Assembly: GCA_038321985.1 (NCBI GenBank)
Contig: JBBQFN010000010.1
Span: 64,001 to 128,000 of the forward strand
Length of the DNA stretch: 64,000 nt
Reading direction: 5' to 3'
DNA from: Cyanophyceae cyanobacterium
GTDB lineage: Bacteria; Cyanobacteriota; Cyanobacteriia; Cyanobacteriales; Laspinemataceae
Shown here: one piece after another, positions 1 to 10,876 of the stretch
How positions within the stretch are numbered: position 1 is the stretch's first letter
How the letters are laid out: each line of letters opens with the position of its first letter
Program-made: the position numbers and the translations under genes
Notes under the pieces: generated by a model
Seen by the model: only the letters and a program-made list of their open reading frames with translations
Database searches by the model: none
What the model was told of the DNA's origin: nothing

Positions 1-919
1 CCATTTCCGGACTCATTTCCAGAGCATCTCCGATTTCTTCGCCGGTGTGATAGGCAGCGAGAATCACCTCACAAGTTTTACCCCAGGCGATCGCACCAGT
101 AGCATCAATCCCGATCGCCCCAAAATCCCGGTTATTCCGTTCCCCCTCGGCAAACGACCGCTCAAAAGCATTTAATAACGATAACCCGTCGCTGACTCTC
201 ACCACAATTCGAGCCGCGAGACACTCATCGATAATATCTTCCCCAATACCCGTACAACTAATCCCCGCCTTGGAATTGGCGTAATTTCCCGCAGGCATCG
301 CCGAATCGCTGACGCGACCAATCCGCTCAAATCCTTTGCCTCCGGTAGAGGTTCCTGCGGCAATTTTTCCGTGATTGTCGAGTACCACAACGCCAATCGT
401 TCCTCTTCCTGAGGATTCGGCCACTACATTCGCCATACTGCGGGAAAAATTATCTTTGCGTTCTTCCATCCACTCCTGCAACCGCTTATCGGTGAGTGGA
501 TTATAGATAGGCAGTTGCAGTTCTCGCAACAATTCCGCCGAACCGAAATCGGATAACACGCGATCGGGGGAATTTTGTAAAAATAGAGCCAAATCGATGG
601 GATTTTTGACCCGGGATACATTGATCGTCCCGCTAAACCGTTGTAACGTTCCATCCATTAACGCCGCACTCATCCGAATTTGCCCATCGGATTGCAATAC
701 GGAACCCGTCCCCGCATTAAACCGGGGGTCGTTTTCTAGGAGTTTGCATCCGCGCACGACCGCTTCCGTGGCAGAGGCCCCTTGCATTAAGATGCCATAA
801 ACTTCCTCTATAATATTGTGGAGGGAACTGCGGACCGCTTCAAGTCCGCCTTTATCTTTAAGAGAGCTACCCGCGCCACCGTGAATGATCAACTTGGGTT
901 GTACCTGGCCCATTTTCAT
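1..919 (-). CDS. iaaA: Isoaspartyl peptidase/L-asparaginase (Ntn hydrolase); 3' end runs off the window
   Basis: Not in the ORF track because there is no stop in the window. Manual translation from ATG 919 gives MKMGQVQPKLIIHGGAG...DPRFNAGTGSVLQSDGQIRMSAALMDG...RGTIGVV...GTSTGG...GRVSDS. These are plant-type asparaginase motifs, including the nucleophile Thr in GTIG. Confidence 0.9.
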   Translation of the reverse strand, partial: MKMGQVQPKLIIHGGAGSSLKDKGGLEAVRSSLHNIIEEVYGILMQGASATEAVVRGCKLLENDPRFNAGTGSVLQSDGQIRMSAALMDGTLQRFSGTINVSRVKNPIDLALFLQNSPDRVLSDFGSAELLRELQLPIYNPLTDKRLQEWMEERKDNFSRSMANVVAESSGRGTIGVVVLDNHGKIAAGTSTGGKGFERIGRVSDSAMPAGNYANSKAGISCTGIGEDIIDECLAARIVVRVSDGLSLLNAFERSFAEGERNNRDFGAIGIDATGAIAWGKTCEVILAAYHTGEEIGDALEMSPEM

Positions 920-1026
920 GAATTCCCCCTCTGCCTTTGGGTCGGTTAATGTCCAATCTTTGATCGTAACGGAAAGGGTACCTTTTGCCAGCTACTTTTG
1001 AGAGGATTCTGGGGCGATCGCCTGAT

Positions 1027-1188
1027 TTATTCCAGCGGTTGAGCTTCGGAACGACGACGGCGACAGCGTTCCGAGCAGTATTTAACCTCATCCCAACACT
1101 CAGCCCATTTTTTTCGCCAGGTAAAGGAGCGTTGACAAACGGGGCATATTTTCTCTGGAAAGTCTGATTTAGCTCGGACTCGTCCCAT
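1027..1188 (-). CDS. DUF2256 family small Cys-rich protein
   Basis: KICPVCQRSFTWRKKWAECWDEVKYCSERCRR signature; likely start at ATG 1188. Confidence 0.85.
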   Translation of the reverse strand: MGRVRAKSDFPEKICPVCQRSFTWRKKWAECWDEVKYCSERCRRRRSEAQPLE

Positions 1189-1478
1189 AGGGGTTTGTTT
1201 TCGTTGACTTTTGAGTTGTATTGTAAACAATTTTCAGGGGACGGGAAAGGCTTCCGAGAGTTAGGTCAGATTAGGCCAGCGATCGCTAGAATTTTATCTG
1301 ACCCAACTTCTCTAAAATTGCGTCATCTTTCGCACCTACCTTAAGAGGGAAATTTCTAGTTAAGTGGGGTGAAATGGGTGCAAAATGTATCCCTTGATTC
1401 AGTCTGTCGGTAGAGGGTTTTTGGCTGAAGTTTTGGTTAAATAGACTATATTGTAAAACCCAGTAAATTCGGAGAATA

Positions 1479-1727
1479 ATGATGGCTTACGAAAAAATAG
1501 AAGATTTGCCCAATGATGTAAAAGAAAAACTGCCCCAAGGTGCACAAAATATTTTTTTCACCGCCTACAATAGCGCTTCCTCTGATGGAATGAGTGACCA
1601 CGCTGCTCAAGATGTAGCCTGGAATTCGCTGCGGACTAGCTATGAAGAAGGAAGCGATGGCAAATGGCATCCCCGTCCTCAAGTTGGTGCTCATCGCAGC
1701 CCCACAGGGACTATGCCCGGAGCCTAA
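1479..1727 (+). CDS. chaB: ChaB family protein
   Basis: Y..IEDLP..VKEKLPQGAQNIF..AYNSA...A..VAW pattern; GGAG RBS upstream. Confidence 0.85.
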   Translation: MMAYEKIEDLPNDVKEKLPQGAQNIFFTAYNSASSDGMSDHAAQDVAWNSLRTSYEEGSDGKWHPRPQVGAHRSPTGTMPGA

Positions 1728-1790
1728 ACTCAGGGTTTGCATCTTGTAACCCATTGATGCGATCGCAGATTGCAAATAAAAGTTACTAAA

Positions 1791-1820
1791 GAAAGGACAC
1801 GGTAATACCGTGTCCTTTTT
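1791..1820. terminator. Intrinsic terminator between convergent chaB and NUDIX genes
   Basis: AAAGGACACGGTA-A-TACCGTGTCCTTTTT perfect inverted repeat with a T tail. Confidence 0.75.
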
Positions 1821-1993
1821 CGCAGTTTTGTAGGCCTGTTTAAATTATTCCAGTCCGAGAATTGAGGAAAGAGAGCATCTGATTTATCTACTGTAGCGAT
1901 GCTCCCATTTCCTGAAGGAATTACTCCATTTATTTAGGCTTGCTCTATCCAGGTCTAATGCTGAGGATTTAGGGAAATTTTATTGATAAACCC

Positions 1994-2428
1994 TTACAAT
2001 AATCCCTGAGCCATAAACTTTAAAAAGATTTGCTGATGAGGGCTTCCGAGAGGGCGGACTTCACCCGCTTTTTCAGAAAAGCGACTGCCTCGCCGAATAT
2101 CTTCAGGGGTCCAAAATCCCATGTCCCATCCTTCATGAAGAACCAACTCCCGGATATCTACAGTAAGTGGCACATTAAAAACATGGCGCACGACTTCGGG
2201 AGTTTCAAAATAATCAAACTCTGATACCTGTTTTGCTTCGTAAGTAATTTCCTCCTGTAATTCTCGCTTCAAAGTTTCGAGGGGGAGTTCTCCAGGTTCC
2301 AGATGACCTCCGAATAAACCCCAATATCCCGGATAAACGATACCGGGGATATTATCTCGCAGTTGCAAGAGAAACTGACCCTCCTGGTGCAGAATTGCTA
2401 AGGCTACATGAACGGGTTGCTCACTCAT
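1994..2428 (-). CDS. NUDIX hydrolase
   Basis: Nudix box GGHLEPGELPLETLKRELQEEI. Confidence 0.9.
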   Translation of the reverse strand: MSEQPVHVALAILHQEGQFLLQLRDNIPGIVYPGYWGLFGGHLEPGELPLETLKRELQEEITYEAKQVSEFDYFETPEVVRHVFNVPLTVDIRELVLHEGWDMGFWTPEDIRRGSRFSEKAGEVRPLGSPHQQIFLKFMAQGLL

Positions 2429-3153
2429 CGGTTATTTTTGGGGGTAAAGTTTCCATCTTTATTCTTCCCTAATATAAAAAAAGAAGGATTCTATTGTGTC
2501 CTTTTTAGAGAGAATTTTCGGTATTTTACGTCAAGGTGTTGTAGGGTTTAAATTTTCTGAACCCTCGCACCCCACAAGGGATCGCATCGCCGAGGTTAAC
2601 GTTACATTTAACAGCGAGAGAGGCTGAGTTTTCAACAGCGATCGCCCTACTTTTACTGTATCTATTTTCTAATCCGGATCGGGGTTTTCCACAATCGTAG
2701 AATCCTAAAATTATCTATTTTACCCTTAAATGAGGGGAGCCAATTCGCCCAAAACCAAGTAAAACTACTCTTGAAACTCGTGAATAAATGTTAATTTCTG
2801 CGTATTTTCCCTGAGAAATTACCCTTTGAAATTAGAAAAATTGCTCCGAATTTTAGGCGGATAATTCAAAATTCATTCCGGTAAAAATTTGGAGGCTTGA
2901 ATAATTTATTCCTCCTCTATAGGACCGTTTAAATCGTTCATGCAATCCGTTTTACGGCCACCCCCGCCAATTGTCCAAGCCCCGTAAAAGAATAGTCTAA
3001 CTGCTGTAAGCCGCGCAATATAAAGCGAGCTTCCATAAATTGGATCATTCTTTAAAGGAGTGGGAGCGTCTGATCTCCCTACTTTATTCTTTCTCGGGAG
3101 GTGACTGGGGGCATCAGAAACCTGCGTACAGTCGTTTGCTAGAGATTATTAAG

Positions 3154-5007
3154 GTGACCCAACGATTAGATTTTCTTCCGCGTCCAAACCGTCCCCACAA
3201 AACCGGGAAAATGCGGTTTTTGTTAATCGGTTTAGCGATCGCCGCCTCAATTTTAGCGGCCTCCCCTGCTGTAGCTGCTCGGTTAGACTCCTGGCGGTTT
3301 GAGCGCGATCGCAATCAACTCAGCTTTAGAACCACCGGAAGCGTGCAACCCAAGGCACAACTGCTGTCTAATCCCACCCGCTTAATTGTCGATTTACCCG
3401 GGACCACATTAGGACAGACAACAGTCCGAGAGCGTATCGGGGGAGCAATTCGGGAAATTCGGGTGGGGCAGTTCGAGCGCCAAACCAGTCGGATTGTCAT
3501 CGAACTCGCCGAAGGTTATACCCTCGACCCGGATCAAGTTCAATTTCGCGGCAGTTCCCCGAATCAGTGGACCGTACAATTACCCAGTCCACAACGAGAA
3601 GTCAGGAATGCGTCCATTCAAAACCCCCTGCCCCCTCCTCCAGCAGTGACGGGAACAAGCACCCTGTTACAAGAGATTCAGGTCCTCAATGAAGGGTTTA
3701 TTTTGCGAACCTCTGGACCCACCCCTGAAATCAACCTGCGATGGAGTACCGATCGCACCTGGGTGACCCTAGACCTTCCGGGGGTGAAACTCTCCCCAGA
3801 ACTGGCCGAACGAATGATGGCCGTTGATCGCCTCGGGGTAAACCGCTTAGAAGCGATTCAAGTCTCCGATTCCCCCCTGTTGTCCCGAGTCTTATTGAAT
3901 TTAAACGACACCACCCGCAACTGGCAAGCTCAAGTTAGCGACCTCGGCGAAGTCGTGATCTGGCCCCAAGGTGGAACACCCCCCACGACCTCTACCCTCC
4001 CCTCATTAGCCACAATTGAATCGATCAAACTGGCAGATGATGGGGCGTCCGTGGTGGTCAATAGCGATCGCCCGGTGGGATACAGTACCGAATGGGACCC
4101 CCAGACCCTCGCCTATAAAGTCACCCTATTTTCATCCCAGCTTGCCGCCTCCCCTGGGGAGTTAAGAACCGCATCTCAATCCTCCCTGTTATGGGTGCGG
4201 ACAGTTCAGGAGGACCCGGAAACCGTTGTAGTGCTGGTGCAACCGGCGGCAGGGATTCGAGTTGGAGGCACCAATCAACCCTCTGCAAAACAACTCGTGG
4301 TGCAGTTAAAACCGGAAAGCATTCCCGAGGGTCCAGTTCAGACCCCCCCAGTTTCCGTCGGCGAAAGGAGTCTACCGATCGCAGTTCCACCGCCCATCAC
4401 CCAGACTCCAGCCCCTCCCACCCAGACTCCAGCCCCTTCCACTCCCCGAGTACCAACAACCAGCCGCAGGGTCGTGGTGATTGATGCCGGACATGGAGGC
4501 TCAGACCCCGGTGCAGTAGGGATTGGCGGGTTGCGCGAGAAAGAGGTTGTCCTAGATATTTCCCGACAAGTTGGGGAAATTTTAGAGCGTAATGGAGTCA
4601 GCGTGGTGATGACACGCCAAGACGATCGCACCCTTGATTTAGCCCCACGAACCCAACTGGCAAATCGAGTCAATGCCAATTTATTTGTGAGCATTCATGC
4701 CAATGCTATTAATATGTCCCGTCCTGATGTCAATGGTTTGGAGACCTATTATTACAGTAGCGGGCAACGGTTAGCCCAGACTATTCACCAGAATATGTTG
4801 CGTTCCTTTAGCAATATGCGCGATCGCGGCGTCCGGCGAGCTAGATTTTATGTTTTGCGCCATACTAATATGCCAGCAGTTTTAGTGGAAACCGGCTTTG
4901 TCACAGGCCGCGATGATGCGCGAATGCTGGCAAATGCTAGCGAGCGATCGCGCATGGCCGAGGCGATCGCCCAAGGAATTTTACAGTATATTCAAGCCGG
5001 TCGTTAA
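3154..5007 (+). CDS. amiC: N-acetylmuramoyl-L-alanine amidase, AmiC-type (AMIN domains + Amidase_3), paralog 1; start uncertain (GTG 3154 or ATG 3211)
   Basis: Signal peptide, AMIN motif PTRLIVDLP, Pro-rich linker, catalytic IDAGHGGSDPGA, EK, SIHANA, LVETGF. Confidence 0.9.
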   Translation: MTQRLDFLPRPNRPHKTGKMRFLLIGLAIAASILAASPAVAARLDSWRFERDRNQLSFRTTGSVQPKAQLLSNPTRLIVDLPGTTLGQTTVRERIGGAIREIRVGQFERQTSRIVIELAEGYTLDPDQVQFRGSSPNQWTVQLPSPQREVRNASIQNPLPPPPAVTGTSTLLQEIQVLNEGFILRTSGPTPEINLRWSTDRTWVTLDLPGVKLSPELAERMMAVDRLGVNRLEAIQVSDSPLLSRVLLNLNDTTRNWQAQVSDLGEVVIWPQGGTPPTTSTLPSLATIESIKLADDGASVVVNSDRPVGYSTEWDPQTLAYKVTLFSSQLAASPGELRTASQSSLLWVRTVQEDPETVVVLVQPAAGIRVGGTNQPSAKQLVVQLKPESIPEGPVQTPPVSVGERSLPIAVPPPITQTPAPPTQTPAPSTPRVPTTSRRVVVIDAGHGGSDPGAVGIGGLREKEVVLDISRQVGEILERNGVSVVMTRQDDRTLDLAPRTQLANRVNANLFVSIHANAINMSRPDVNGLETYYYSSGQRLAQTIHQNMLRSFSNMRDRGVRRARFYVLRHTNMPAVLVETGFVTGRDDARMLANASERSRMAEAIAQGILQYIQAGR

Positions 5008-5238
5008 GATGCAAAAGAGGTAAATCGAAGGGTTGGGAAAATAAATCAGGGGTTTCATCTTTGGTAACAGCCTATGCTATACTTCTGACATTCTTAACTT
5101 TTGTTAAGATAGCTACAAATGTCATGACAATCAAGGTCCAGCTCCCCCCAGCAAACCTGCTCAAGAAACATTTAAGGGTGCAATGCTTCAAGGATAGCGA
5201 GGGAGCCTCAAATCATCTGTAGAGTCGGCAAGTAGAGT

Positions 5239-7086
5239 ATGAAAGTGACCCAATCCATCGATTTTCCCTCTCATCAAAATAGCCAATTGAGAAAAGCTAA
5301 ACTCCATAACTGGATACTCCCGAGTCTGATCAGTGCGTTTCTGTTAGCCGCTCCTCAGGCGGAAGCGGCGAGACTAGAAAATTGGCGGTTTGAGGCTGAT
5401 CGCAACCAACTTTCCTTTACCACCCTTGGCGGGGTGCAACCCACGGTTCAACTGTTTTCAAATCCAACCCGCTTAGTCATAGACCTACCCGATACGACCC
5501 TCAGGGGTCAGCGCGTGACTCAGCCGGTGGGGGGAACGATTCGCGAAATTCGCGTGGGACAACTTAATCATCAAACCAGCCGAATCGTTCTGGAATTGGC
5601 CGCTGGTTATACCCTCGACGCTCAACAAGTACAACTTGAGGGAATTTCCCCAAACCAGTGGACCGTAAAATTATCGACTCCCCAAACCTCTGGAGAGAAC
5701 ACAGCAGCGGAGTCATCCTCCCCGGACTCAGCCTCGACCCTCCCCCTAGCTGCAACCGGGGGAAACACACTCTTGCAAGAGGTGGAGATTCAAGACGAAG
5801 GCTTTATTTTTCATACGGATGGGGCCACCCCCACCGTAGACTTGAAACAGGGAGTTAATGGAACCTGGGTGAGCGTTGACTTACCGGGGGTGACCCTCTC
5901 TCCCGACATAGAACGGCGGTTTGTGAACCTTGATCGCCTGGGGGTCAATCAACTGCAATTACTGCAAGCGTCGAGTTCACCGCCATTGACTCGGGCGATT
6001 TTGACCTTAACCGGTGAAACCGATAGAAATTGGCAGGCACGAGTCGCCGATCGCGGGCAGGTCATCGTCTGGCCGGAAGGAGAAACACCGCCCACCGTAA
6101 CCGCTCAACAGAGTTCAGGTTTAGCCACAATTGAGGGGATTGAACTCGTTAACAATGAAGTAGTGGTTAGGGCCGATCGCACCCTGAATTACAAGACTGA
6201 ATGGGACCAAAAAACCCTTGCCTATCGGTTGACCCTGTACTCCTCCCACCTGGGAAATAACGTCATCCGCTTACAACCAGAACGGGGTTCCTCGGTGTTA
6301 TGGGTTCGTCCCACTCAGGAGGACCCAGAAACCGTCGTAGTTTTAGTCCAACCGGCTGCCGGAGTGCGCGTGTCTGGGGTTGAGCAACAATCCGGCGATC
6401 GCCTCGCAGTCCAGTTAGAATCCACTGAAATTGCCACCACCGATCCCAATGCTCAGTTGATTCCTATCAGCAATCCTGACTCCACCCCATCCGTATCACC
6501 GGAAAATCAGCTCCAGTCAGAGATTCTCCCCATTCCTGCTGGACGAATGGCTGTGATCATTGATGCCGGACATGGGGGAAGCGATCCTGGTGCCGTCGGT
6601 ATTGGCGGACTGCAAGAAAAAGAAGTGGTCATGGATATCTCGCGTCAAGTCTCTGAAATTCTCGAACGAGAAGGAATTACAGCAATTATGACGCGGCAGG
6701 ACGATCGCACCATTGACCTAGCACCTCGGGTCCAATTAGCTAATCGGGTGAATGCCAATCTATTTGTCAGCATTCACGCCAATGCGGTCAATGGAGCCCG
6801 TCCCGAAGTCAATGGATTAGAAACTTACTATTATGCCAGTGGTCGGAATTTAGCCCAGGCGATTCAAAATAGTATGCTCCAAGATTTCTCCTCTATGCCA
6901 AACCGGGGCGTCAAACAGGCGCGGTTCTACGTGTTGCGCCATACCAGTATGCCTGCGGCGTTGGTGGAAGTCGGGTTTGTGACGGGTGCAGAAGATGCCC
7001 AGATTTTGTCCGATGCCGCACAGCGAACCCGCATGGCTGAGGCGATCGCCCGGGGGATTTTGAACTATATTCGCACGAATCGTTAA
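5239..7086 (+). CDS. amiC: N-acetylmuramoyl-L-alanine amidase, AmiC-type, paralog 2
   Basis: Same architecture and Zn-binding motifs (IDAGHGG, SIHANA, LVEVGF); collinear with the upstream paralog. Confidence 0.9.
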   Translation: MKVTQSIDFPSHQNSQLRKAKLHNWILPSLISAFLLAAPQAEAARLENWRFEADRNQLSFTTLGGVQPTVQLFSNPTRLVIDLPDTTLRGQRVTQPVGGTIREIRVGQLNHQTSRIVLELAAGYTLDAQQVQLEGISPNQWTVKLSTPQTSGENTAAESSSPDSASTLPLAATGGNTLLQEVEIQDEGFIFHTDGATPTVDLKQGVNGTWVSVDLPGVTLSPDIERRFVNLDRLGVNQLQLLQASSSPPLTRAILTLTGETDRNWQARVADRGQVIVWPEGETPPTVTAQQSSGLATIEGIELVNNEVVVRADRTLNYKTEWDQKTLAYRLTLYSSHLGNNVIRLQPERGSSVLWVRPTQEDPETVVVLVQPAAGVRVSGVEQQSGDRLAVQLESTEIATTDPNAQLIPISNPDSTPSVSPENQLQSEILPIPAGRMAVIIDAGHGGSDPGAVGIGGLQEKEVVMDISRQVSEILEREGITAIMTRQDDRTIDLAPRVQLANRVNANLFVSIHANAVNGARPEVNGLETYYYASGRNLAQAIQNSMLQDFSSMPNRGVKQARFYVLRHTSMPAALVEVGFVTGAEDAQILSDAAQRTRMAEAIARGILNYIRTNR

Positions 7087-7401
7087 CCGAGGTGACTCCA
7101 CCACCCACCCTCTGCCAGAAATGTAGTTTCTGGCAGAGTTTGTTGCTATTTGTCACAGATTTAGGGCAGAAACCCGGTTTCTCAACACCCTCTGTGTAGG
7201 CGCGATTTGAGAATCGCCCTTACCGATATAAAAGTAGGGAGGCGGAGGCCGCCTTAATCCCGTGAGCCTCCCCTGAGCGGGTGCGGGTTTTTACGGAGGA
7301 GAACCGGATTAAGCATGATTCTCCCCTCGGAATATTTAAGTTTCATGAAATTTACGGGTAAAAGTTTACAATAGTTACAGACATAGCAGGGAGAAACCGT
7401 A

Positions 7402-8094
7402 ATGGCTGCCAATCAGGGAGACATTGATATTGCTCCGCTTATCGATCATTCCCTACTGAATCCCGCCGCTACCCCAAAGCAGGTAGAACAGTGGTGTGAA
7501 GAAGCAGACCGATTTAAATTTGCCTCGGTTTGTGTATATCCTGCCTACGTGCGTCAAGCGACTGAGTACCTCCACGGCAAGAGTCCCAAAGTTTGCACCG
7601 TGATTGGCTTTCCCACGGGAGGCAGCACCTCAGCAACTAAGCTGTATGAAGCTCAAGAAGCCGTAGACAATGGAGCCACGGAATTAGATGTGGTGATTAA
7701 TATTGGCTGGCTCAAAGCGGGTAAAACCAACGACGTCCACGACGAGATTGCGGCAATTTGTGACAAGAGCGATCGACCCGTGAAAGCTATCCTGGAAACT
7801 AACCTGCTGACCGAGGAAGAGAAGCGAGTGGCGGCGGAGATTTGTATGGATGCTGGGGTGGCGTATTTAAAAACCTGTACTGGATTTGCTGGAGGGGCCA
7901 CTGTTGCTGACGTGGAACTGCTCAAGAAAATCGGTCGAGGACAGGTGGGAATTAAGGCATCGGGAGGGATCCGTACTGTAGATCAAGCCATTGATTTAAT
8001 TATTGCCGGCGCGACCCGTTTAGGGACTTCTTGGGGTCCTTATTTCTTGGGCTTGTCCTCCTCAGGAGATGCTGAGTCGAACGCGGACCGATAA
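7402..8094 (+). CDS. deoC: Deoxyribose-phosphate aldolase
   Basis: [37 protein letters not shown] motifs. Confidence 0.95.
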   Translation: MAANQGDIDIAPLIDHSLLNPAATPKQVEQWCEEADRFKFASVCVYPAYVRQATEYLHGKSPKVCTVIGFPTGGSTSATKLYEAQEAVDNGATELDVVINIGWLKAGKTNDVHDEIAAICDKSDRPVKAILETNLLTEEEKRVAAEICMDAGVAYLKTCTGFAGGATVADVELLKKIGRGQVGIKASGGIRTVDQAIDLIIAGATRLGTSWGPYFLGLSSSGDAESNADR

Positions 8095-8138
8095 AGGATG
8101 GCGGCGGCCAAACCGAGGGTCCATTAACCAGACAAAAC

Positions 8139-9053
8139 ATGAGTCGAACGTACAAAGCCACAGGTATCAATCTTAAAAGCATCCCCTTGGGTGAATCCGA
8201 CCGCATCTTAACGATTTTGACGCGGGAATGTGGTTTGATTCGGGCAGTAGCACCGGGTGTTCGCCAGCCCAAATCTAAACTGGGGGGACGTGCGGGATTA
8301 TTTGTGGTCAACGAGTTAGTGATTACTCAAGGGCGATCGCTCGATCGCATCACCCAAGCGGAAACCCTGGAATCCTATCCCGGGTTAAGCAAAGACCTCG
8401 GCAAACTGACTGCCGGACAATATCTGGCTGAATTAGCACTCTGCCAAGCCCTCAGCGATCAACCCCAAGAAGAACTTTTTAGTTTACTCAGTGAACATTT
8501 AAGGCGAATTGAAGGGTTAATTATTGTAGGCGATCGCACCAGTATCGCTCAAGTTCTTCCCTTACTCACCCAGGGAGTTTATCACTTGCTGGCCCTCGGG
8601 GGAATTGCTCCCCAAGTTCATACCTGTTGCCTGACTAAACGCCCTCTCACTCCAGATTTTAAATCTTTAAACTGGCGCGTAGGGTTTAGTATTAGTGCCG
8701 GGGGAACCGTGAGTTTAGCTAATGAAAATAGTCCCTCTACTTCCCGGGTGCCAATTCCGGCTCGTACCCCATCCCCCCCGGTTCAGACTCAAGCCCTCCC
8801 CCGAAAAATTGATCGCCAATTAAATGCGGTTGAGTTAGCAATTCTCCAACAACTTACGGCTGCCGAACTTCCTCAAGAAGCCCACCTAAATTTACAGATC
8901 CAGGGCATGATGGGCGAGCGGCCATCGGTTGATCAAGTGTGGGTATCAATTGAACATCTTTTGCGGCACTATGCCCAGTATCATTACGGCCAGTCGATCC
9001 GATCTGCTACCTTAATGGACAGTTATATCCATTCTCCAATCCCCAGCTATTAA
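8139..9053 (+). CDS. recO: DNA repair protein RecO
   Basis: N-terminal OB fold GESDRILTILTRECGLIRAVAPG..PKSKLGG; follows deoC as in other cyanobacteria. Confidence 0.92.
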   Translation: MSRTYKATGINLKSIPLGESDRILTILTRECGLIRAVAPGVRQPKSKLGGRAGLFVVNELVITQGRSLDRITQAETLESYPGLSKDLGKLTAGQYLAELALCQALSDQPQEELFSLLSEHLRRIEGLIIVGDRTSIAQVLPLLTQGVYHLLALGGIAPQVHTCCLTKRPLTPDFKSLNWRVGFSISAGGTVSLANENSPSTSRVPIPARTPSPPVQTQALPRKIDRQLNAVELAILQQLTAAELPQEAHLNLQIQGMMGERPSVDQVWVSIEHLLRHYAQYHYGQSIRSATLMDSYIHSPIPSY

Positions 9054-9134
9054 CTTTGCCGTTAATATCTGAACCTTAAACATTTCTACTCAAGATTTAA
9101 TCTCTCAAAACAGCCGATTTTACCCTTACCTATA

Positions 9135-10739
9135 ATGCCATTATCTGATTCAAATTTAGAAACTACGGTTCCCCACTGGAATCAAAAGAATAATAGTCCA
9201 CGGGGTGCAAGTCACCATCAAACCAGCTATCCCCGGCAAGCTCGGGCCGAAAAAATAGAGGAAACTGAGCGCAATATCCGGCAAGGGGGTCAGAACAATG
9301 GGCGATCGCCAACCTCCGGTGCAAAACATAATCCCCCTGTAAGTCGTGAACAGGCAGAATTGGAAAAAAATCCCCCTCATAACCCTAGTTCTGGCTCAAT
9401 CACCCAAAATGCTCAACCTCCTGCACCGCCCGAACCGGAACGCGGGTTTATGCCTGTCTTAAGAAACCGCAACTTTTTAGTGCTCTGGAGCGGCCAGGTC
9501 TTCTCTCAGTTGGCGGATAAAGTTTATTTAGTGCTAATGATTGGTTTGATTGCCACCCGCTTTCAAGGCCAGGGGCAAACCATTAGTGGATGGGTATCGG
9601 CGATTATGGTAGCCTTTACGATTCCAGCGGTCCTATTAGGCTCTCTAGCCGGGGCATTGACAGACCGTTGGTCCAAAAAAGGAATACTGGTATCAACGAA
9701 TCTAGTCCGGGGCTTGTTCGTTCTGTCCCTGCCGTTGTTGTTGTTTCTATCGGAAGGATTCCATTTAGGAACCTTACCCTTGGGATTCGCCTTAATGCTG
9801 ATGGTGACATTTTTGGTCTCCACCCTCACCCAATTTTTTGCCCCGGCAGAACAAGCCGTGATTCCCTTAATCTTAGAACCGAGGCTGTTGCTACCGGCCA
9901 ACTCCCTCTACACAACTACCATGATGGCCTCGGTCATCATTGGATTTGCGGTAGGGGAGCCACTCTTGGCGATCGCAGATAGCACCTTCGGCCATATTGG
10001 TAATGGGGTCGGTTTGGGTAAAGAACTGCTCGTGGGGGGCTGCTACTGCATCGCCGGGTTGTTGTTATTGATGATGAAAACCGGAGAAACACCCAATCCT
10101 CCCGACACCGAATATCCTCACGTTTTTGAAGATATCCGCGATGGGTTGCGCTATCTAGGCCAAAATCGCCGGATCAAGAGCGCTCTGATCCAGTTAGTCA
10201 TTTTATTTTCTATCTTTGCCGCCCTAGCAGTCTTAGCGGTGCGTCTAGCGGAGGTCATTCCCAACCTTCGCACGGACCAATTTGGGTTCCTACTAGCAGC
10301 AGCAGGAGCGGGAATGGGAGCCGGTGCCGCTCTGTTAGGCCATTTTGGACAGCAGATTTCCCATCGACGCCTCAGTTTCTTTGGCTCGATGGGGATGGCG
10401 CTGTCTCTGATCACCCTCTCTCTGTTCGGATCTCAACTTTGGGCGGCATTAGGGTTGATTACCGTATTGGGGGTATTTGCCTCGTTCGTAGGGGTGCCGA
10501 TGCAAACTAGCATTCAGGTAGAAACCCCAGAAGAGATGCGGGGTAAGGTGTTTGGCTTACAGAACAATGCCATTAATATTGCCCTGACTCTACCTCTGGC
10601 GCTCGCCGGGGTAGCGGAAGCCATGTTTGGGTTAAAAGTGGTGTTGTTGAGTTTGGGGGCGATCGCCATAGCCGGAGGAGTCCTAAGCTGGTATATTTCC
10701 GAAACAGAACCCCATCACCCACCCCAACTCAAAAATTAA
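9135..10739 (+). CDS. MFS transporter with a ~100-aa low-complexity N-terminal extension
   Basis: RNRNFLVLWSGQVFSQLAD, GALTDRWSKK, PEEMRGKVFG and about 12 hydrophobic segments. Confidence 0.9.
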   Translation: MPLSDSNLETTVPHWNQKNNSPRGASHHQTSYPRQARAEKIEETERNIRQGGQNNGRSPTSGAKHNPPVSREQAELEKNPPHNPSSGSITQNAQPPAPPEPERGFMPVLRNRNFLVLWSGQVFSQLADKVYLVLMIGLIATRFQGQGQTISGWVSAIMVAFTIPAVLLGSLAGALTDRWSKKGILVSTNLVRGLFVLSLPLLLFLSEGFHLGTLPLGFALMLMVTFLVSTLTQFFAPAEQAVIPLILEPRLLLPANSLYTTTMMASVIIGFAVGEPLLAIADSTFGHIGNGVGLGKELLVGGCYCIAGLLLLMMKTGETPNPPDTEYPHVFEDIRDGLRYLGQNRRIKSALIQLVILFSIFAALAVLAVRLAEVIPNLRTDQFGFLLAAAGAGMGAGAALLGHFGQQISHRRLSFFGSMGMALSLITLSLFGSQLWAALGLITVLGVFASFVGVPMQTSIQVETPEEMRGKVFGLQNNAINIALTLPLALAGVAEAMFGLKVVLLSLGAIAIAGGVLSWYISETEPHHPPQLKN

Positions 10740-10876
10740 AGCAGGGCAGGGTTGGGGGTTAGCATCTAGCTTCCGGCTAAAAGCTAGAGATAGGATCGGG
10801 TTCATTCCCCGAGGGCGATCGGCTTCCTCGCCATTAACTGCTAACTTTAACACTAACCTTTAATCCCCAGACCTAA

